A stretch of DNA of 64,000 bases from Escherichia coli (lineage in GTDB: Bacteria > Pseudomonadota > Gammaproteobacteria > Enterobacterales > Enterobacteriaceae): assembly GCA_902500055.1 (NCBI GenBank), contig GCA_902500055.1_4131.1. One strand, given 5' to 3'. Below are positions 57,513 to 64,000 of the stretch, piece after piece (within the stretch, counting starts at the first letter, position 1; each line of letters opens with the position of its first letter). Under the pieces are notes generated by a model. The model ran no database searches. It saw nothing but the letters and a program-made list of their open reading frames with translations, and was not told the origin of the DNA. The position numbers and the translations under genes are program-made.

Positions 57513-59654
57513 ATGGCAGTATTTTCTAATTTTGAAGGAACTATGCAGCCCAAATTCATATTGGGGAAAAAAGGTGCTTCAATAAATTTTATCAATGATT
57601 CAGTTTCTATAAAAGATTATCTAGGAGAACAGTTCCTACCACTGAAGGTAGGAACTTCATCTGATCCTAATTCAGCAGTTAACGTAAAATATCTTGAAGA
57701 TAACCCTAATGCATTATTTGGTGTTGTACCACCTACCGATGATATAGGAAAGAACAATAATACGTATTTTCAAATTGATGAAGATGGTATTGTTGATATT
57801 TTTGCAAAAAGCAATGGTACATGGGTAAAATCATTATACATTAATAAAAAAGTTCTATCCAGTAAAAATGGTGGAGATTTCATCGGACTTATTACTGGAG
57901 GTACAGTTCAACAGGCACAGTTTTATATAACACCAGAAGAATTTGGTGCTAAAGGTGATGGCGAAACTGATGACACTGCTGCTGTAAATTTATGTGCTGC
58001 TTATGCTAAAGAAAATAAAATCCAAATTCAGGCTGGTGGTAATTACCGTATCAAAACTGCAATATATCTGGAAGATGTAACTTGGTTTGGGGGAACTATT
58101 ACTGGTAACGGTGGTACTATGGTATCCGTTATTAATTCCCAAATACAATTTGCAACACTTACTGGATGTTATTTAAAATTCTTCGGCGGCGATGGTAAGT
58201 TTTATTTTAATAAATTTATAAACATCACAAGTACTGCTGCATTTTTAATGCAAGGTATGACACAACCAGGTACAATAGATTTTTGCTTTAATGAAATGAC
58301 CCAATGTAAGTATGGCGTTCTTCAACAAGGTACTGGTGAGAAAATGAAGGTTGGTAGATATTCATATAACCACATACATGATATATATGGTGATGCAATT
58401 GAACTAAACGTAATTAACTCACACTATCCTGATGGTTTTGTTATTGAAGGGAACATAATTGAAAACGTTGATGGTTCTAACGCTCCAATCCCACTTTCAA
58501 ACTGGGGTATTGGTATTGGAGTTGCTGGTTCTGGACCTTATGGTTTAGATGCACCAGACACACAATATGTAAGAAACTTTGTTATTAAAAATAACAGACT
58601 ATATAATGTTAGACAATGTATCCACGTTGAATTAGGCATGGACTTTAAAATACTTAATAATGAAGTTTATCCATCATCTTTAGTTTCTGTCGGTACTGGA
58701 TTAACCACTGCTGGTGTTATAACTTATGGTTCTAAAGAATTCATTATTGATGGGTTGACTGGTCATTTGCTTAATGATCCTTCTATCACAAATAGAATGG
58801 TTTCAATAAACTGGGGTGTAACTTCTGGTCGTTTTGCTGGACCACCTAGAAACTTTAAAATTTCTAATCTCTATATTCCAGAGTCTTCTATACTTGTTTA
58901 TACTTCCGGTTCTGATAATTGGTTAAATAATACAGAATTGAGCAATATCACCTGTTCTAAAATTCTTTGGCGTGGTTTGCCATCATCATCTAAATTTAGT
59001 GATATTAGAACTAAAGAATTAGATGTAATTGGTCAACACCTCTCTACAGAAGGCGAAGGTGGTGGTATATATACTCGCTCTAAATATACTTATACTAATT
59101 GGACTAACTGTGTTGTTCAAGATGATTGTAATGTTTCAAAATATAGTTTTTCTAAAATGTATGTAGACAGAATAGACCAATCATCTAATAACTTTAAAGT
59201 TACAACTGCAATCGATGGTACAGGTCACCGTGGCCCAGTACTGATACCTGTAGTTGAACAATATTATATTCCATATGATACTTTTCCAGGGGGACGCTAT
59301 TTCTCTGAAGGCACGATTATTCATAAACAATCGGGTGGAAAATATATTGTAACTGTTGGTGGTTCTTTTTTCGGAAAATATGACACAATTAGACAAACGG
59401 TAGCAGGACAAACATACATAGAAGCATTGGGTGTGTCATGGGGTGAAAACCAATATGCAAAAGCTGCTGGTACTGAGATTATTATATCTGGTGCTGGTGA
59501 AAATGGTGGTGATTTGAGAACGTATATAACTCGTGCAGTGTATGTTGTAAACAACGTATATAGAATTGATATTGCAGATCCTATCATAACAGCAACTGCC
59601 GCTGGTGCAGCATTAAAAGCCGCCCAACCCGTAACTTACATAACCCTACCATAA
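57513..59654 (+). CDS. Tailspike with pectate-lyase-like beta-helix (putative polysaccharide depolymerase)
   Basis: 713 aa. N-terminal MAVFSNFEGTMQPKFILGKKGA module shared with the next gene. FGAKGDGETDDTAAVNLCAAYA is the signature of pectate-lyase-fold depolymerases. GGGAGG RBS. Confidence 0.7.
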   Translation: MAVFSNFEGTMQPKFILGKKGASINFINDSVSIKDYLGEQFLPLKVGTSSDPNSAVNVKYLEDNPNALFGVVPPTDDIGKNNNTYFQIDEDGIVDIFAKSNGTWVKSLYINKKVLSSKNGGDFIGLITGGTVQQAQFYITPEEFGAKGDGETDDTAAVNLCAAYAKENKIQIQAGGNYRIKTAIYLEDVTWFGGTITGNGGTMVSVINSQIQFATLTGCYLKFFGGDGKFYFNKFINITSTAAFLMQGMTQPGTIDFCFNEMTQCKYGVLQQGTGEKMKVGRYSYNHIHDIYGDAIELNVINSHYPDGFVIEGNIIENVDGSNAPIPLSNWGIGIGVAGSGPYGLDAPDTQYVRNFVIKNNRLYNVRQCIHVELGMDFKILNNEVYPSSLVSVGTGLTTAGVITYGSKEFIIDGLTGHLLNDPSITNRMVSINWGVTSGRFAGPPRNFKISNLYIPESSILVYTSGSDNWLNNTELSNITCSKILWRGLPSSSKFSDIRTKELDVIGQHLSTEGEGGGIYTRSKYTYTNWTNCVVQDDCNVSKYSFSKMYVDRIDQSSNNFKVTTAIDGTGHRGPVLIPVVEQYYIPYDTFPGGRYFSEGTIIHKQSGGKYIVTVGGSFFGKYDTIRQTVAGQTYIEALGVSWGENQYAKAAGTEIIISGAGENGGDLRTYITRAVYVVNNVYRIDIADPIITATAAGAALKAAQPVTYITLP

Positions 59655-59670
59655 AGGAGATTATATTAAA

Positions 59671-60567
59671 ATGGCAGTTTTTTCTAATTTAGAAGGAACC
59701 ATGAAGAAGTCCTTCATTCTTGGGAAGAATGGTGCACAGATTACCACAAATGGTAGTGTTGTGCAAATTCAAAACTACTCAGGAACACAACTTCTTCCAA
59801 TTTCAGCAGGTGAACCAACTGCAAACACACACTTGGTTACATTGGGATATTTAAACGCACACAGTGGTGGTGGTAGTTCTGGTATCTTACGTGGAACAAC
59901 AGCACCATCCGATTCTATTGGTCTAGATGGTGACGTTTACTTTTTGGTTGATAGTACTAATGTTCTTCAAATTTATATTAAAGATCTTGGTATTTGGAAA
60001 CCATTTAAAGGTAGCTCACCGGGAACTGATAGCTCATATGTAACTACTGAAATAGTTCCTGTTTCTGCATTTACATTAGTACCAGATACTACTGATCATT
60101 ATACTTACACACTACCAGAATCAGTTCATGGTAGAGGTTCTGATATTATGATTCAACTACAAGGTGACCCAGGTAATGTTGCATTGGAATCAGTATTCCA
60201 AACCACAGTAACAGTTAGTGGTATTGGGGATATAACAATTGATGTGATTGGTCAAATCACAGATTATGCAAGTGTTAAAGTAAACATTATAGGAGCAACA
60301 ACAATGACAGTACCTTATAGTAAATTAGTAAACCAAGCCGATTGGGTTTCTAGTGCTGGTGATTTCACAATCACTATTCCAGCATCCGAACACAATCAAA
60401 CCCCAGATAATTTGTATATTTCAATTTATGCAAATAAAACACCTGGAAGTGTTGCGTCATCTCCATTCGAGTTGGTAGTGACTGATACACAAATTAGTAG
60501 TACTGGTGATGTAATCTTCACTTCTGATATTTCTTTCAGTGGTAAGATTGTCATCTCCGGTAAGTAA
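59671..60567 (+). CDS. Tail fibre/spike protein sharing the N-terminal anchor module with the preceding tailspike
   Basis: 298 aa; N-terminal 20 residues nearly identical to the 57513 gene (MAVFSNLEGTMKKSFILGKNGA), different distal domain. AAGGAG RBS. Confidence 0.6.
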   Translation: MAVFSNLEGTMKKSFILGKNGAQITTNGSVVQIQNYSGTQLLPISAGEPTANTHLVTLGYLNAHSGGGSSGILRGTTAPSDSIGLDGDVYFLVDSTNVLQIYIKDLGIWKPFKGSSPGTDSSYVTTEIVPVSAFTLVPDTTDHYTYTLPESVHGRGSDIMIQLQGDPGNVALESVFQTTVTVSGIGDITIDVIGQITDYASVKVNIIGATTMTVPYSKLVNQADWVSSAGDFTITIPASEHNQTPDNLYISIYANKTPGSVASSPFELVVTDTQISSTGDVIFTSDISFSGKIVISGK

Positions 60568-60575
60568 CAAATTAA

Positions 60576-60608
60576 CCAGGCTTGTTCTAAATAAGTCTGG
60601 TTTTTTAT
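60576..60608 (+). terminator. Rho-independent terminator after the fibre cassette
   Basis: CCAGGCTT-loop-AAGTCTGG stem (one G-U pair) followed by TTTTTT. Confidence 0.6.
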
Positions 60609-60704
60609 TATATTTGCTTTTGTCAAATAATGTATTAATTGTTGGATAACAGCATAATAAAACTAAATATATACATATTAACAAGGTTATAATGGAGGGT
60701 ATAA

Positions 60705-63700
60705 ATGTACTCAATAAAAACTGACTTAGATATTACTGGTGCTGGTACGGTTGGTAAGGATCTTTTAGTCAAAGGAAATGCTGTTTTCAATAATAACCTA
60801 ACTGTAAATGGTACTGTAACTTTTGCAAATGCAACTTTTACTGCCATTGAATCATCAACTGCCAATATTACATCTACTTTAGATGTAGGTGGCAAAGCAA
60901 CACTTTCTGGTGGTCTTGGTGTTGAGGGTAATACTACAATCGGTAGTGCAGTGGTCGGGTCTGATACAGCAACAATTAATTCAAACGCTACCTTTAACGG
61001 TACTGTATCAGTTGGTTCTGATTTTACACAAACTGCTGGTACAACCACTCTACAAGCAACTAAAGTTAAAAACTTAGAAGTTGCTGAAACAACAGCATTT
61101 AAAGGTAATATTACTGCTGATGTTGGTACTACTGCTGCATTTGATAAAATTACTGCTAATACCGCAGAAATTACTAATGTAAGTACAACCGATATTAGTA
61201 GTACTGGTACTGCTACATTTAAAGATGTGACAATTAGTGGTACACTTGGTGGTGAGTTTAATCTATCTGACTTAAATGCAGTAACATTGAACGTTACTGG
61301 TGCATCTAACCAACAAGGTGCAGTAACTTTCGGTGCTAACGTAACTGGTATTAACAGTACTGCTACTTTTAAAGACATTCGTATTGGTTCTAACTCTGAA
61401 TCTCAAACCTTCAGATTAAGCTTCCCTTACACTGCTCCTGGTAAACGCCCAACTGTTATTCTACAAAACGAAATTCAGTCCGAGTTAATGTCACCTGCAA
61501 ACTTAACAGTTTTGACATCTGCTTCTTTTGGTAATGCGTCATTATCTTCTTATGGTATTACTGGTAATGGTCTAAACAAATTAGATTATCTAACAGTTTC
61601 TGGTAACAATACACAATCACCAGACACCCCACTATTAGAAGTTCAAAAAGGAAAAACCAAAGTTGCCGATTTTGAAGTTACAGGAACCGCAACTATACCA
61701 AATATTGAAAGTACTGGAACTGCTAATTTTAATAATATTAATATTTCTGGTGTTCTTGGTGGAACATTCCAACTAGATGATATTAATGCAGTAACATTGA
61801 ACGTTACTGGGGCCACTTCGTTAGTTGGTGGTGTTACTCTTGGTTCTAATATTACTGGTTATAATAGTACTGCTACCTTTAAAGCTATTAGCTTAGGTCA
61901 AAATAGTCAAGATGCAGCAGTGAAACTAGGTTTTGGATATACTGCACCCGGTCAACGCCCAACAGTTATTCTACCTAATGAAGTTCAATCAGAAGTAGTT
62001 TCTCCTTCTACATTGAACGTTCTTAAAACTGCAACTTTTGGTAATGCGTCATTATCGTCTTATGGCATTACTGGTAATGGCCTAAACAAATTAGATTATC
62101 TAACAGTTTCTGGTAACGAAACACAAGCTCCAGATACACCACTATTAGAAGTTCAAAAAGGAAAAACCAAAGTTGCTGACTTTGAAGTCACCGGAACTGC
62201 AACTATACCAAATATTGAAAGTACTGGAACTGCTAATTTTAATAATATTAATATTTCTGGTGTTCTTGGTGGAACATTCCAATTAGACGATATTAATGCA
62301 GCATCTTTGAACGTTACTGGTGCAACTTCATTAGTTGGTGGTGTTACTCTTGGTTCTAATATTACTGGTTATAACAGTACTGCATCATTTAAAGCTATCA
62401 GCTTAGGCCAAAGTAGTCAAGATTCTGCTGTAAAACTTGGATTTGGATATACTGCACCAAGTCAACGTCCAACCGTGATTTTACCTAACGAAGTTCAATC
62501 AGAATTAGTTTCTCCTTCAACACTGAACGTTCTAAAAACGGCAACTTTTGGTAATGCTGCACTTTCTACGTATGGTATTACTGGTAATGGCCTAAACAAA
62601 TTAGATTACCTAACCATTACAGGTAACGCAACACAAGACCCTAGTACACCATTCCTACAAGTTGGTGGTAAAGCAATTCTTAATGATGTTGAATTTACTG
62701 GAACAGTAACTGGGTTAACTGTTGATGTAAGTGGTCAGGATCTAACACCAAACTCAGTTGTTGCTGCGACAAATATTAAAGGTGCAACCCTTGAAAGTAC
62801 TGGTAACACTACTGTGGGTGCTAAACTAACTGTTACTGGTGATATTGCTGGTACAACTGCAACTCTTTCTGGTGCATTATCTGCTGGTTCAATAAGTTCT
62901 GGTGTTATTACTGGTACAACTTCAGTTTCAGCACCAACAATTAGTGCATCTACTGAAGTAACTGCTCCTACTATCACTGCTAGTGGGACTTTAAGTGGTC
63001 AAACTATTAACGGAACTAATATTAGTGCAACAACTCTTACTGCACCAACTATTAGTGGTAATACAAACTTTACAGAAAATGTTGATATTACTGGCAACCT
63101 AACCGTTACTGGCACAGTAACGCCAGGTACGATTGATTTGAGCACAACTGATGTAAGTGCGAAATCTATTACTACTACCGCTGGTGCAAATATTGGTGGT
63201 GATCTTGTGGTTCAAGGTTCTTTTGATTTATCATCAGCAGACATTAGCGTTAAATCACTAACTGCTTCTGGTATTGTTAAAAGTAATGATCTTGTTAATG
63301 CTAACGTACTTCCAGTACTTAATAGTACTACTGCAACAATTAATACTGTTAATGCAACTGAACTTGCGGTAACAGGTCCATCCAATCTAGCATCTGTTCG
63401 TACAAGTGCTGATGTTGTAGTCGGAACAACTTTAAATGTAAGTGGTGAAACAACAACTGCATCTCTAGTTACTCCATCTATTTCCAATGCAACTGGTGTT
63501 ACAATTGGTAATAATACTTCTATCACTGGTGACTTAACTGTTAGTGGTGCTGTGATTCCTGGATCTATCGACCTAGCATCAACTGATGTTAACGCTAAAT
63601 CAATCACAACAACTGCTGGTGCAACAATTGGTGGAAACTTAACCGTTAACGGTACAGTAGACCTAACTGCTGCTGATGTAACAGTTAAATCTCTAACCAG

Positions 63701-64000
63701 TACTGGTGCAATCATTAGTAATGAATCAACTATTAGTAGTGTTCTACCTAAACTACAAAGTACTGATGCGACAATTGCAACTCTAGGTTCTACTACTGCG
63801 AATATTACTAATTTGAATGTAACTGGTGCAACTTCTGTTGCTGATGTAACATCTTCTGGTAAAGTTACAGCAGTTTCTATTGAAGTTCCAACCATTGGTA
63901 ATACTGCGGGTGTATCTATTGCTAATAATACATCTATTACTGGTGACCTAACAGTTTCTGGTACAGTGACACCAGGTGCTATTGATTTAACAACAACTGA
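60705..64000 (+). CDS. Very long repetitive fibrous protein (3' partial, runs off the window)
   Basis: Translated by hand: the frame starting at the ATG at 60705 (GGAGGG RBS) stays open to nt 64000, so at least 1,098 codons. Thr/Gly/Ala/Asn/Val-rich with two families of long in-frame tandem repeats. Absent from the ORF track, presumably because no stop lies in the window. Confidence 0.75.
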   Translation, partial: MYSIKTDLDITGAGTVGKDLLVKGNAVFNNNLTVNGTVTFANATFTAIESSTANITSTLDVGGKATLSGGLGVEGNTTIGSAVVGSDTATINSNATFNGTVSVGSDFTQTAGTTTLQATKVKNLEVAETTAFKGNITADVGTTAAFDKITANTAEITNVSTTDISSTGTATFKDVTISGTLGGEFNLSDLNAVTLNVTGASNQQGAVTFGANVTGINSTATFKDIRIGSNSESQTFRLSFPYTAPGKRPTVILQNEIQSELMSPANLTVLTSASFGNASLSSYGITGNGLNKLDYLTVSGNNTQSPDTPLLEVQKGKTKVADFEVTGTATIPNIESTGTANFNNINISGVLGGTFQLDDINAVTLNVTGATSLVGGVTLGSNITGYNSTATFKAISLGQNSQDAAVKLGFGYTAPGQRPTVILPNEVQSEVVSPSTLNVLKTATFGNASLSSYGITGNGLNKLDYLTVSGNETQAPDTPLLEVQKGKTKVADFEVTGTATIPNIESTGTANFNNINISGVLGGTFQLDDINAASLNVTGATSLVGGVTLGSNITGYNSTASFKAISLGQSSQDSAVKLGFGYTAPSQRPTVILPNEVQSELVSPSTLNVLKTATFGNAALSTYGITGNGLNKLDYLTITGNATQDPSTPFLQVGGKAILNDVEFTGTVTGLTVDVSGQDLTPNSVVAATNIKGATLESTGNTTVGAKLTVTGDIAGTTATLSGALSAGSISSGVITGTTSVSAPTISASTEVTAPTITASGTLSGQTINGTNISATTLTAPTISGNTNFTENVDITGNLTVTGTVTPGTIDLSTTDVSAKSITTTAGANIGGDLVVQGSFDLSSADISVKSLTASGIVKSNDLVNANVLPVLNSTTATINTVNATELAVTGPSNLASVRTSADVVVGTTLNVSGETTTASLVTPSISNATGVTIGNNTSITGDLTVSGAVIPGSIDLASTDVNAKSITTTAGATIGGNLTVNGTVDLTAADVTVKSLTSTGAIISNESTISSVLPKLQSTDATIATLGSTTANITNLNVTGATSVADVTSSGKVTAVSIEVPTIGNTAGVSIANNTSITGDLTVSGTVTPGAIDLTTT
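61201..62730 (+). repeat. Three tandem in-frame repeats of about 510 bp (170 codons)
   Basis: Anchor strings recur at exactly 510-nt spacing (61201, 61711, 62221). Copies 2 and 3 are near-identical over most of their length; copy 1 is diverged in its 5' half. Confidence 0.85.
63085..64000 (+). repeat. Second tandem repeat family (period about 420-440 bp), at least two copies plus a partial one
   Basis: Recurring ITG(D/N)LTV(S/T)G.V.PG.IDL..TDV.AKSITTTAGA.IGG... units at roughly 63090, 63530 and 63950; more diverged than family 1; continues past the window end. Confidence 0.6.

Noticed and set aside
60635-63895. Minus-strand ORFs 60635-61378, 62735-62977 and 63212-63895
   Set aside because: They are antisense to the long repetitive plus-strand fibre gene, with Val/Ala/Thr-rich low-complexity translations typical of the reverse frame of Thr/Gly/Asn-rich repeats; the plus frame has an RBS and stays open throughout.
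61201-64000. Possible CRISPR array suggested by tandem repeats
   Set aside because: Repeat units are 420-510 bp, in-frame and coding, with no short unique spacers; not CRISPR architecture.

Overview
This window reads as a densely packed segment of a large, AT-rich, T4-superfamily myovirus genome (possibly a jumbo phage), with scrambled gene order relative to T4. No database search was possible; all calls rest on motifs and remembered T4/E. coli sequences. Recognisable modules, in order: two paralogous structural genes (first one 5'-truncated); a minus-strand replication/chaperone block (GroES homolog, FmdB-like zinc ribbon, possible sliding clamp, family-B DNA polymerase); a tail fibre with HxH motifs plus its assembly chaperone; homing-endonuclease-like genes; a T4-like head module (gp23 capsid, gp22-like scaffold, gp21 protease, acidic core protein, portal); Rad50/Mre11 (gp46/gp47) and a gp55-like late sigma factor; a plus-strand baseplate block (gp53-like, hub candidate, gp5-like spike with C-terminal lysozyme, standalone T4-lysozyme-like endolysin, gp25, a GIY-YIG endonuclease, gp6-like, then a roughly 3,300-codon giant ORF); a convergent ClpA-type unfoldase; gp15-like and Nudix genes; and a distal fibre/tailspike cassette ending in a highly repetitive fibrous gene that runs off the window. 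Several TATAAATA late-promoter boxes, two sigma70-like promoters and a family of hairpin terminators are visible. The most unusual items are the giant ORF, the phage-encoded ClpA, and an 800-bp ORF-free stretch containing a G+C-enriched segment.
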